A DNA stretch of 64,000 nucleotides, taken from assembly GCA_029982165.1 (NCBI GenBank), contig JARRCN010000004.1, forward strand, positions 8,018 through 72,017, in the 5' to 3' direction. The notes under the pieces are model-generated. The model did no database searches and was not told the origin of the DNA. It worked only from the letters and a program-made list of their open reading frames with translations. This DNA is from Candidatus Methanomethylophilaceae archaeon. Lineage in GTDB: Archaea; Thermoplasmatota; Thermoplasmata; Methanomassiliicoccales; Methanomethylophilaceae. This document shows, in pieces, positions 8,736 through 17,980 of the stretch. Position numbers and translations under genes: made by a program. Numbering within the stretch: the stretch's first letter is position 1; each line of letters begins with the position of its first letter.

Positions 8736-11270
8736 ATGAAGTTCTTAGAAAAGTTAGGAGAAAAAATTTCTTCCCGTCCTTGGGTTGCTATTGCGGTGGT
8801 ATTATTAATCACCCTATTGGCCTCTGGGGCCATCATTACAGACGGGATATCATTCGACCTCGACGAGGAGGATATGACTCCTCAGTTCGAAGAGTACGAT
8901 GCTCAGAAGCTATTGAATGATGTCTTCGTTTTCGAGACGCAGTCTATTACTCTTATCCGTGGTGACGCGCTTAGCGTAGAGGCGTTCCACGCTGGCATTG
9001 AATTTGAGAAAGGGGTTATGACGGATCCGAATGCCAGTAAGTACCTCATCAGACCCGACGATCCTTCCTCATCTTTCGTCAACCCATATTCGATAATGGC
9101 ATTGGCGATGGCCCCGTCTTTGGGTATTTCGCTAGATCCCTCAGATCCGACGGCATATTATGATGGGCTTAATACTGTTATTCAGCTGCTGGCAGTGGAC
9201 CCTGACCTGTTTAACGAAACTGTACGCGGTAGGCTCGAAGGATCCCCATTGTTATCTTCCCTGTTCACCAAAGACCTTAACTCCACTTCGATGACTGCTT
9301 CCGGGGCGATGATTGTCAGCGTCCTGGACAAAGAGGAGGTGATGGCAGATGGTCCTGCAAATATCTTGGAATACGAGAGTGCGGTCATAGCCATAGCTGA
9401 TGAGGTCAATGAGCTCTACGGCAATTCCGTTCTAGTGCAGGTCTTCGCTGAGAACACTATAATCATGGGCATGGCCGATGTGGCCGTTGATGACCTTTCA
9501 TTTTTGTTTCCACTTGCTGTGCTAATTATGGTCGCCGTGCTCATGCTCATGTATCGCGACTTCGTGGATATGTTGATAGGTATTATCTGCCTGGTATTCG
9601 CGATCATATGGGCTTTCGGTGCAGCCGTTGTTTTCAACATCGGTACGAGCGTCATATCTATCGCTGTACCGGTTCTTCTATTGGGGTTGGGCATTGATTA
9701 CGCTCTACACTTAGTGTTCCGTTACCGCGATGAGCGCGGTGAGGGTATGGGTACAGAGGAAAGCTGTAAAACCTCCATCGGCTCTGTTGGAGAGGCACTT
9801 ATCCTTGCCACAATAACAACCGTGATAGCCTTCCTCTCGAATTCGTTCTCATCGATGAAGATAATTAATGATTTCGGACTGCTGTCGGCGGTCGGTATCA
9901 TTTGTAATTTCATCATAATGATACTCATGATTCCCTCTGTACAGGTGATACGTGATCGCCGTGCAAAGGCAAAGGGGATGGGCGACAAGGATATCAAGCG
10001 TTTCCGTTCTCGTGACATCAATCACAACGATGTTATTGGACGTATATCCATTGCCGGCGGCAAACTGGCAGTGAAGAAGCCCATAGCCGTACTGATAGTC
10101 GGTGTGTTGGTTTTCTCAGGTTTCGCTTACGCCGCATCGAATGTATCCTATAAGTTTGATGTCTTTGACTTCCTCCCTGAAGACAGTGAAGAATATGAGA
10201 TGCTGGATGTGCTCTTCAATGACTTCAACAATACAGGCCAGAGCACTGTGGATGTGCTGATCTATGGCGACCCTCTTGACCCTCTTAACCCAGATCTTAT
10301 ACGGGCAATGGAGCAGAGTCTTGAAAATATCAAAGAAATAGATGCAATTGCCACTGATGGAGAGGGCAATTTGTTGGGAGCTCTGTATCTGAGTCAGACA
10401 TTGTATAATCTGAACGAGAGTCTTAACGATCCAGAATACACAACTCTTTATCTGGATGCCTTCAATTCCGACGGGACAATCAAAGATGATGCGACATCAG
10501 TTCATTTGATGAGTATAGCCGAATACTTGTATTCCCTGGGTAATGAGAGTGTGATCTATGATCTGTCAAAAGTGATAGGTTTCGCTGATGATGAGCCCCT
10601 TACAAGGATGCAAGTTCGTATAAGTGGCAACCCTTCCGACTCTGAGATACTGGCGATCCGTGAGGAGATGCGTGTAGCCCTAAAGCCATTTGAAGATGCC
10701 GGGTACAAGGCAATTCCCACAGGCTTGCTCATCACAGGAGCGGTTATCTTGGATGAGATGGAGAATGACCAAATGACATCGTTGCTGATCACACTGATCT
10801 CCACTCTCGTAGTCTTGTCGATCGCTATGTACTTCTCTACCCGTTCCTTCGTGCTAGGTGCTTTGGCGACTCTGCCTACGTTGTTCTCGGTTGTGATGAC
10901 GTGGGGTTCAATGTATCTCTTGGACATTTCATTGAATGTGATGACCCTTACTATCGGATCATTGGCTGTAGGTATCGGTGTAACTTATGGGATTCATATA
11001 GCTCATAGGTTTAGTAGCGAACTCTCTAAGGGCCATACAGTCGAGGACGCCATACTGATAAGCACTGGAGGTATTGGCAGAGGTGTATTGGGGGCGGCAC
11101 TGACAACAGCACTGGGATTTGCTGTGCTAGGATTTTCCAGCATGATACCATTGGTGCAATTCGGTCTAATCACCGCCATGGCAATCATCTATGCCTACTT
11201 AGGGGCCACTCTGCTTCTCCCTGCACTCTTGGTCATATGGGGTAAAAAACGTGTAGGTGAAAAAGCCTAA
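8736..11270 (+). CDS. MMPL/RND-superfamily exporter
   Basis: 844 aa with two 6-TM bundles, each preceded by a large soluble loop. SSD-like segments: GLGIDYALHLVFRYRDE and GIGVTYGIHIAHRF. Confidence 0.8.
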   Translation: MKFLEKLGEKISSRPWVAIAVVLLITLLASGAIITDGISFDLDEEDMTPQFEEYDAQKLLNDVFVFETQSITLIRGDALSVEAFHAGIEFEKGVMTDPNASKYLIRPDDPSSSFVNPYSIMALAMAPSLGISLDPSDPTAYYDGLNTVIQLLAVDPDLFNETVRGRLEGSPLLSSLFTKDLNSTSMTASGAMIVSVLDKEEVMADGPANILEYESAVIAIADEVNELYGNSVLVQVFAENTIIMGMADVAVDDLSFLFPLAVLIMVAVLMLMYRDFVDMLIGIICLVFAIIWAFGAAVVFNIGTSVISIAVPVLLLGLGIDYALHLVFRYRDERGEGMGTEESCKTSIGSVGEALILATITTVIAFLSNSFSSMKIINDFGLLSAVGIICNFIIMILMIPSVQVIRDRRAKAKGMGDKDIKRFRSRDINHNDVIGRISIAGGKLAVKKPIAVLIVGVLVFSGFAYAASNVSYKFDVFDFLPEDSEEYEMLDVLFNDFNNTGQSTVDVLIYGDPLDPLNPDLIRAMEQSLENIKEIDAIATDGEGNLLGALYLSQTLYNLNESLNDPEYTTLYLDAFNSDGTIKDDATSVHLMSIAEYLYSLGNESVIYDLSKVIGFADDEPLTRMQVRISGNPSDSEILAIREEMRVALKPFEDAGYKAIPTGLLITGAVILDEMENDQMTSLLITLISTLVVLSIAMYFSTRSFVLGALATLPTLFSVVMTWGSMYLLDISLNVMTLTIGSLAVGIGVTYGIHIAHRFSSELSKGHTVEDAILISTGGIGRGVLGAALTTALGFAVLGFSSMIPLVQFGLITAMAIIYAYLGATLLLPALLVIWGKKRVGEKA

Positions 11271-11342
11271 AGTTTCTCTTCGAAACCTTTTAATCTATTC
11301 TTCTTTATTTTTTATTCACTGCCTCTGTAGGTCTCCCCAGCG

Positions 11343-12200
11343 TCACTGTTTTGTTCGGAATGTTGCTATGTATTCGATGTGGTCATTAGGAAGCTCTATG
11401 TTAGGGTCTTCGAGGTACCATTCACCCCCCTCGCCCAACTCTTGACAGACGAGCTGTAAATGGCACATTGCGATTCCTATGTCCAGATACTGAATGTCGT
11501 GGCCGAGGCGTTCCGACTGAAAGGCAGGTGTGTGTTGTAAATAAAGATGTGCCGCCCCATCACTCAGTACCACTCTCCAAGGCTGCCTATTGGATGCCGA
11601 TGGGGCAAGGCGTACAGCCTCTAAACATAGGCTAATCTGAGGGCAATCATCGTTCTCTATGGGGTGACTAAAATCACCTTTGAAGAAGAGCTCTCCCCAT
11701 GCTTTGCGGGTATTGGATCTTATCAGCATCTTTATGGCTTTTTCCATCAGCCTTTTCTTTTCAGGGTAACCATACGAAACAACGGCGGCGATCATCTCTT
11801 CATCTTTAAGCTGTATCATGCTCTGGAGAGGGGACTTTTTAAGGCCCCCCGCCATCCAACAAGTCCCTATTTCAAGTTCTGTCAATTTCAAGACCAACTC
11901 TTCGAGACGGTATCCAAGATCAATGATTTCCTCCCGGAAATTACGACATATGCCGACGATCAGACCCTGATAGTTTTTCACGAATCCGTAAGTGCCTGTT
12001 TTCATTTTTTCCCGATTGACTGGGACCAGCTCTAGCCTGGGGATATTACCGAATGGGCCGCTAAGCTCATTCGAGATCCTCAAAAGTTCATTTATCTGTC
12101 TCTCATCTTCGGGATCAAGAGGCCTATCCGCGTATGTGCGAACCGAGGACCTTTTGCGAATTATTTCAAGAATATTGTTTTCAACCACTGTACATCCCAT
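11343..12200 (-). CDS. Nitroreductase-family protein
   Basis: RSSVRTYADRPL near the N-terminus and LAPSASNRQPWR in the second half, both typical of the FMN nitroreductase fold. Confidence 0.75.
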   Translation of the reverse strand: MGCTVVENNILEIIRKRSSVRTYADRPLDPEDERQINELLRISNELSGPFGNIPRLELVPVNREKMKTGTYGFVKNYQGLIVGICRNFREEIIDLGYRLEELVLKLTELEIGTCWMAGGLKKSPLQSMIQLKDEEMIAAVVSYGYPEKKRLMEKAIKMLIRSNTRKAWGELFFKGDFSHPIENDDCPQISLCLEAVRLAPSASNRQPWRVVLSDGAAHLYLQHTPAFQSERLGHDIQYLDIGIAMCHLQLVCQELGEGGEWYLEDPNIELPNDHIEYIATFRTKQ

Positions 12201-12386
12201 CCTTTTACGATAGTTACCTTTTTTTATATTTTACCCTTTTCATCAATTTTAGTGTTTGGTACAAGACATCTTGATTGAGGGTTTTGAGAGGTATTGAATT
12301 ACGGTAGCGTCTCTCAGGATCTTGCCCCGTCTCAATAAGTAGTCTTTAAGTAAATTTTAATATTATCCAATCCAAACTCTTAAGGT

Positions 12387-12626
12387 ATGCGAACCGATGA
12401 CATTTCATTCTATTTGGAAGGCTGCATCTGTCGGCAATGCCCGAGCAATGTTCGGGGCGCAGAGATAGGTGCGTTCTGCCATCCCTCCCGCTCGATGAAG
12501 GGGATAATGGTATTGGATAGGGGCTGCTTATGCTCATCATGCACTGTTGGTATTACCATAGGGGCAACTGAGGGCTATCATTGCATCTGTACCCCTACGG
12601 ACAGCGGATCGGTGCTTATATTCTGA
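12387..12626 (+). CDS. Small Cys-rich protein, DUF2769-like
   Basis: Pattern CICRQCPS...GAFCHPSRS...RGCLCSSCTV...YHCIC matches the C.C..CP...fC / C.C..C arrangement I recall for DUF2769. Confidence 0.45.
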   Translation: MRTDDISFYLEGCICRQCPSNVRGAEIGAFCHPSRSMKGIMVLDRGCLCSSCTVGITIGATEGYHCICTPTDSGSVLIF

Positions 12627-12877
12627 GAGAAACAGCAATATCGTTGATTTCAGGGTTAGCTGCATTCCGTATCCCGTTCGTAACAATCGGTTTTTTAAAC
12701 GGTTGGATGTTAAGGTTTTTAGATCTGGGAGTAAGAGGCCTCAATGAGAGCGCAGGATGAATGTGATGCGATAGACCACCCTATCTGAATTAGAGGGCAT
12801 ATATCGTGATCGGAAACTCAAACTTAAGAAACCGGAGTCACGTGTGATTTTTCCATGGCTGTATTGAAAGCGGCCCA

Positions 12878-13060
12878 TTATTTCCTGATCTCGCTTATAA
12901 CTATTTCAGTTAGTTTGATACTCTGTGCGTCAAGCCTCTTTTTTATTTCTACTCTGGTCTTACTCTTCATAGCTACTGTTGATGGTAAGTCCTTCACACC
13001 GCAGTTAATCGGTATGATGGCGGGATAACGCTCATCCAATTCGAATTGGATGATGTACAT
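12878..13060 (-). CDS. Small hypothetical protein (60 aa), possibly leaderless
   Basis: An ATTTATT TATA-like element lies about 24-30 nt upstream of the ATG on the minus strand. There are no recognisable family motifs. Confidence 0.25.
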   Translation of the reverse strand: MYIIQFELDERYPAIIPINCGVKDLPSTVAMKSKTRVEIKKRLDAQSIKLTEIVISEIRK

Positions 13061-13150
13061 GAAGATATGGAGTTCTGCAATAAATTTCTCATATCAACAT
13101 TTGTCAACGTTTGGATCCGGCAAGAAAAATTGAAACTTAAATAACAAAAA

Positions 13151-13308
13151 TGGAAAGGAGGGGTTAGCTCCGAAGGATTGCCGAAGCAAGGTGGTTTAAC
13201 GATCCTTTAAACCAAGAGGTTAGAATCCAAAGGATTCATCTTCGATTCAAATGCGACAAACCCTACGAATATTAACTCGTAGGCAGACCTTGCCACCCTG
13301 CCTTTTCG
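13151..13308. ncRNA. Candidate structured RNA or structured intergenic element (multi-helix junction); strand undetermined
   Basis: Closing stem: 13154-13162 (aaaggaggg) pairs with 13296-13305 (ccct[g]ccttt). Inner long-range stem: 13186-13192 (gcaaggt) with 13287-13293 (accttgc). Three perfect hairpins: 13193-13213 (ggtttaa/ttaaacc), 13223-13237 (gaatcc/ggattc) and 13262-13283 (cctacga/tcgtagg). No ORF covers the region. Confidence 0.35.
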
Positions 13309-13399
13309 GTCCTACGTGCTTAAAAATATAGTGATCTTGTTTGTTTATAATCTTTGCTAGAGACCCCTGAAATTACATTTATTGGTAAAACATGCATAG

Positions 13400-13996
13400 T
13401 CAATAATCATCCAGCGTATCCAAAGCCCTGATGAGATCAGGACCCTCGGCGGAAAGATCATTCACAGCATGACCAATCGGGCGATAAGATAGCTCGGGAG
13501 TTCTATGAACAACCTCCAGCGCCCTTTCCTTGGCCCCTTTCAGCCAAACAGTCTCCTCGTTCTTCTCGAGGATACAGGGCATGCGGTTGTGGACTCTATT
13601 CACTGGCGAAGTCGCCTCCTGTGTTAGTAAAACGGCTTTTCTGTCCTCAAAGATGCCAGGTATGGAAAATAACTCTCCTTCGTTAATGGTGAAGAAATAG
13701 GGTCTTTTATTCTCATCCCATTCGTAAAAACCGGTTGTGGGAATTAGACATCGGTTCTTATCAAGAAGATATGAAAACATTCTTTTTTCAGTCACCGTTT
13801 CCACTCTGGCGTTTATGATTTCTCTCCCAGGCATTATTAAACCCCATTTCATGTAAACGGCTTCTCTATCTGGGGTTATCACCAATATGTTTTGCTGAGG
13901 CGCTATATTATATCTAGGCTCCACGGCAGGTGCTGATTTAAGTCCGTATCTTTCAGATAGATCCTCGTGTGGAGCTAGAGCAAATCTTCTGCACAT
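13400..13996 (-). CDS. SOS-response-associated peptidase (SRAP/YedK, DUF159), an abasic-site DNA-protein crosslinking protein
   Basis: N-terminal MCRRFAL supplies the catalytic Cys2. Other matches are YNIAPQQ and ETV..KRMF...RCLIPTTGFYEW, and the size is 198 aa. Confidence 0.85.
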   Translation of the reverse strand: MCRRFALAPHEDLSERYGLKSAPAVEPRYNIAPQQNILVITPDREAVYMKWGLIMPGREIINARVETVTEKRMFSYLLDKNRCLIPTTGFYEWDENKRPYFFTINEGELFSIPGIFEDRKAVLLTQEATSPVNRVHNRMPCILEKNEETVWLKGAKERALEVVHRTPELSYRPIGHAVNDLSAEGPDLIRALDTLDDY

Positions 13997-14072
13997 ACAT
14001 GAATGTATAGGGCTTCTGATTTCAAATAATCGGTCGGTCTTAGCACGGCCGTTGAATGATCTAAGCTCATAT

Positions 14073-15339
14073 TTGGAAAGAAGGTTTCATGTTCACGAGA
14101 GAAACTCCTCTTTGAAACAGGAACTCATAGGCGGAATTGTGACATTCGCGACAATGTCGCATCTCGGTAGTCAACCCCACAATATTGGTTGATGCCGGTA
14201 TGCTATTTGGTCCAGCGATGAAGGCAAGGGCACTGACAGCCCTATTCGGTTGCGTTCTTATGAGGTTGCTGGCCAACCGCCCATATGCAATTGCTCCTTA
14301 TATGGCTCAGAATGCATTCATTGCACACAGCGACTGGGACGATGGGATATAGTTGGCAGACGGCACTTTTTGCCATCTTTATTTCAGGGGTACTTCTCTT
14401 CGCTCTTACATTGAGCGGAGGGCGAAAAGCATTGGCTGATGCCGTCCCGAGACCTTAAAATTTAGTTTTTCGGTTGACATAGATCATTCATAGCTCTCGT
14501 AGGTGCAACTGAACTCTGGGATTATCGTAACGTCTGATGTAGCACCAGTAGGCATAGGAGACCTCTCCCCTTCGGAACTCTCTTTGGCAAAGGTTGTTTG
14601 TTGCTGGTCGTTCTGTTGACAGTGTATAACGTCAAGGGTTCGATACTAATTGGTATGCTTATCTGTACCATTATAGCTTTCCTGTTAGGGATTGTGCCAG
14701 CTCCTCAAGGAATCGTCTCCTCTCTCTATCTCACCCGTCTTACTGCAGTGGGACGTTTCGTTAAGCTATGGGATTATCTCAGTTATAATGACAGTTTTTA
14801 CACTCGGTGTGGTTGACACGACGGGGACCTTTATAGCGTTAGAGAATGAGATGGGGATGCTTGATAAAGAAGGGAGATTGATCGATGTTCAAAAACCCTT
14901 CATAGTCGATTCTTTAACGATAATGTTCGCCGGGGTAATAGGAACCATCTCAAGCGGCGTATTTGTGGAGTCAGAGACTGGCATGAAAAGCGGAGCGCGT
15001 ACAGGCTTTCCTCTCAATAGGTGTGCTCTCGGTCTCTCATTGTTCTTTTCACCGATAATCACTGCCATCCCTATAGCTGTTACAGGGCCCGCATTGATGG
15101 TGGTAGGAGTCATGATGTTAACCTCCACCGCAATATTGATCTCCACGACGCTATAGAGTTCTTTCCAGCAATAATCATTATTTTTCTTATGGTCTTCACT
15201 GCAATATTGAGATAAGAGTATAAGATTTATAGTCTATATGCTAGGAAAGATATTTATTGGGAGGCGTCTAGAGCTGAGCTCTCTTATGTGGGCGCCTTTC
15301 GCCATGAGCGTTCTATTCTTCGCCTTTTACCCCTACTAA
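14073..15339 (+). pseudogene. Degraded NCS2/AzgA-family purine (adenine/guanine/hypoxanthine) permease, with multiple frameshifts and stops
   Basis: Collinear permease-like fragments occur in all three + frames: ELIGGIVTFATMS; NVKGSILIGMLICTIIAFLLGIVPAPQGIVS; ISVIMTVFTLGVVDTTGTFIALENEMGMLDKEGRL...DSLTIMFAGVIGTISSGVFVESETGMKSGARTGF; SLFFSPIITAIPIAVTGPALMVVGVMMLTS; AIEFFPAIIIIFLMVFTAIL. Confidence 0.8.
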
Positions 15340-15734
15340 GAAGTTCACCTGACTCGCTGCCACTAGGGCATTTTTTTTGAAAACGATTACGTCCTTTGTA
15401 TTGGAAATGAGTGAATATCCTCTTTTTGTAATATACTTAACATCAGCCAGAACACTGCTTAAAAAGGGAAGGTAAATTGATAATGAACATAATTTTAGTT
15501 ACATAAACTAATAAATTATATTATTTGTTCTCTCAGATAGCCAGTATGTCTATACAAAGAAATTAATACTACTGATATAATAAGCGAATTCGCAGAAAAT
15601 GCCACTGCATGCTGCGGAGGTGACAAATGCCTAAAGACGCCAAGACCGCGAAGAAGGAGAAGAAGAAATAATTCTTTTCGGTCTGCAGCAATTAGCCTAT
15701 ACGGCGAAACCTTTTCCTATTTATCCTAATCACC

Positions 15735-16391
15735 TCACGGCACCAGGGCCTCATTGCCACGAAACCAAGCTGTGAGGCGTCCGCCATCGTTCAGTAGTAG
15801 CATGGGTTCCAGAAAGTGAATCCACTCATCGCCTCTAAAGCTCATTTGAAGAGCGTAACCGGCTATTGAAGCAACAAAGAAATCATGGGTCACGACCAGT
15901 GCGATTCCCTCCTCTGTGTTTGTGCATAAAATCTCTATGAGAGGACGTAAACCTGAACCCATATCGGTGAATCCGGGTACAGGTTCTCCTGTCAGAAGTC
16001 CATTGCATATCTCTTGCATATGCATGAGCCGAAAGGTCATCTCTGCCATCTCAACATCCTGAATGAAAGGAGTGATACTTCCCAGATGTGGGATTGTCTT
16101 GATATCCAATTCCAATGATGCGCCCTCAAGTATCAGTTTGGCCGTCTCCCAACAACGCTGAACGGGACTGGTAAGACAGCTGGAAGGCAGTATTTCTTGT
16201 TCTCTTAACCACGCACCCAACTCTAGTGAGGATTCACGTCCTTTTTCTGTAAGCATAGCGTGACGATGCTGGGCAGGATCGCTTATTGGATGCCTTTCAG
16301 CATGGCGCATTATTATGATGGCGTCGCCATTGTGTTTCTCCAATCTCTTTTTCAATGGTTCATACCATGAAAGTAGCTCTTCTTCCATCAT
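15735..16391 (-). CDS. Histidine phosphatase family protein (PGAM/SixA-like)
   Basis: RHG-type motif IIIMRHAERH, followed by LTEKG...TSPVQRCWETA and a distal catalytic His in LVVTHDFF. Confidence 0.75.
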   Translation of the reverse strand: MMEEELLSWYEPLKKRLEKHNGDAIIIMRHAERHPISDPAQHRHAMLTEKGRESSLELGAWLREQEILPSSCLTSPVQRCWETAKLILEGASLELDIKTIPHLGSITPFIQDVEMAEMTFRLMHMQEICNGLLTGEPVPGFTDMGSGLRPLIEILCTNTEEGIALVVTHDFFVASIAGYALQMSFRGDEWIHFLEPMLLLNDGGRLTAWFRGNEALVP

Positions 16392-17314
16392 AACTCCCTC
16401 CTTAAATTACAAATTGGGCAATACCATTCTAAGAGATGGTGGAGCATAGGCGATCCACAAGCAGGGCAATCCAGTGTCGGTGCTTTGTATGTTTCCCTTC
16501 CCTTTGAGTCCAGATCATCTGAGCACCATTTTATCAGTTCTGAAAGGGTGGTATGTTCAAAACGCAACTCCTCAGGATAAAGGTGAAGATTGGTTCTCTC
16601 ACGGTATTGTCTGGTTCTCATCTTTTTCAACGAATTCAATATGTTATCACGTGTGCGATCGTCAACCGTCTCTCGCGGATGAACAGTGCGCCGGTATCTC
16701 AGATTGATATATTCAAAGGATCTGTCTAGAAATTTATTATACGAATCTGCATCTGCTTGCAGAGGCCGAGAAAGAATGCCTTCGCGCAGTTCTTCTAACG
16801 AAGGATTGCGGTCTACAATGGCATTTAAGATCCTGCGGAGTAGTTCTCTCCTCTTTTCATCAACCTCTCCCATGATTTTCCTTAACTCGTCTATATGTTC
16901 TATCGAAGCAAGCGGTACTAATTTTTCAGCTGCCTCTCTGAACTCATCACCATATCCGTATCGGAGCAGTTCCATATACTCTTCTGCAATTCGATTACGT
17001 TCGTAGACACCGTTGAGATAAGCAACACAGGCATCTGTGACAATGTCTACATCATGTTTTCTGATATTTTCGATCTCTGCCATAAGCGACGAGTCCTTTA
17101 CTAAGGTCAGAAGGATTATGGCTTCCGCTCTAACAGATGGGGACGGGTGACGTATATACTGAGAGAGTATGTCCACGAATTCAGGAGAGTAGTTCCATCT
17201 AAGCCATTTGCTCTCTGATATGGATCCGCCTCTACCATTCTGAACTAAATCTACGGCGTCAAGGGATCTTCCGAGATATTCCAGTCTAGATACCTTGCCT
17301 GAACGCATGACCAT
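16388..17314 (-). CDS. Hypothetical HEAT-repeat-like protein with a C-terminal zinc ribbon
   Basis: HPSPSVRAEAIILLTLV is a HEAT/PBS-lyase-like repeat. The rest is helical, ending in CPACGSPMLHHLLEWYCPICN. ATGA overlap with the downstream phosphatase gene. Confidence 0.45.
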   Translation of the reverse strand: MVMRSGKVSRLEYLGRSLDAVDLVQNGRGGSISESKWLRWNYSPEFVDILSQYIRHPSPSVRAEAIILLTLVKDSSLMAEIENIRKHDVDIVTDACVAYLNGVYERNRIAEEYMELLRYGYGDEFREAAEKLVPLASIEHIDELRKIMGEVDEKRRELLRRILNAIVDRNPSLEELREGILSRPLQADADSYNKFLDRSFEYINLRYRRTVHPRETVDDRTRDNILNSLKKMRTRQYRERTNLHLYPEELRFEHTTLSELIKWCSDDLDSKGRETYKAPTLDCPACGSPMLHHLLEWYCPICNLRREL

Positions 17315-17317
17315 CCA

Positions 17318-17980
17318 ATGATAGAACTTGTTAATTATGCTTATGGGCGCGGATTCGATAGTTTTTTGTTGTTGCCCCTCGTTGCAGTGGTGGTGAGCAA
17401 CGTCGAAAAGGATCTAGAGGTATTCGTTTTAGATACGGAGACTACCGGTCTTGATGGATGGCCAAAAGATCATGTTGTGGATGTAGCTGTCTGCCGTGTT
17501 CTTCCCTTCCAAGGCATAGTTCAGCCAGTGATGTCTTCCATTGTGGGGCATGACACAACAAAATGGCCAAAGGAACAACAAGAGGCATGGATTTTTCAGA
17601 AAACCGATTTGACACTAGAGATGGTGCAGTCGGCTCCACCAGAGGACCAAATATCTAAAGAATTACAGTCCCTGCTGAGTGGCCGTATGGTCACAAGTTT
17701 CAATGTACAGTTTGATTTCGATAAGTTCCTATTTCACCCTCCTTGGTGCCTTAGGGAAATAGTGCACCTCACTCCATGCCTGATGTTGAGGTCGGCACCT
17801 ATCTGTAAATTACCTGGTCTTTATGATGACTATAAGTGGCCACGCCTTCAACAGGCATACGACATGATTGTTGGTGGAGATCCTGCTAAGATAGGTGGAG
17901 AACAAAAGCATCGCGCTCTGGAAGACGCTCTGATGGCCTCATATATACTCATCGAACTTGTAAGACGACAGCTCTATTGA
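17318..17980 (+). CDS. DEDD (DnaQ-like) 3'-5' exonuclease
   Basis: ExoI motif VFVLDTETTGLD, ExoII-like region NVQFDFDKF and ExoIII HRALEDALMASYILIEL. The true start is probably an internal GTG/ATG near 17390, because 17318 is only 3 nt from the divergent gene. Confidence 0.75.
   Translation: MIELVNYAYGRGFDSFLLLPLVAVVVSNVEKDLEVFVLDTETTGLDGWPKDHVVDVAVCRVLPFQGIVQPVMSSIVGHDTTKWPKEQQEAWIFQKTDLTLEMVQSAPPEDQISKELQSLLSGRMVTSFNVQFDFDKFLFHPPWCLREIVHLTPCLMLRSAPICKLPGLYDDYKWPRLQQAYDMIVGGDPAKIGGEQKHRALEDALMASYILIELVRRQLY

Noticed and set aside
13171-13182. 12-nt identity (cgaaggattgcc) between 13171..13182 and 59823..59834 as a dispersed repeat
   Set aside because: Exact 12-mers repeated by chance are expected many times in 64 kb, and the flanks do not extend the match.
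13151-13308. Possible tRNA (intron-containing or long variable arm)
   Set aside because: A GGGTTAG.../...CAAACCC pseudo-acceptor can be drawn. On neither strand is there a T-loop (TTCRAAT), a D-arm or an anticodon arm with cloverleaf spacing.
14067-15215. Individual ORFs 14067..14276(-), 14598..14816, 14692..15156 and 15021..15215 as separate genes
   Set aside because: The plus-strand ORFs are consecutive out-of-frame fragments of one decayed permease. The minus-strand ORF is antisense to it.
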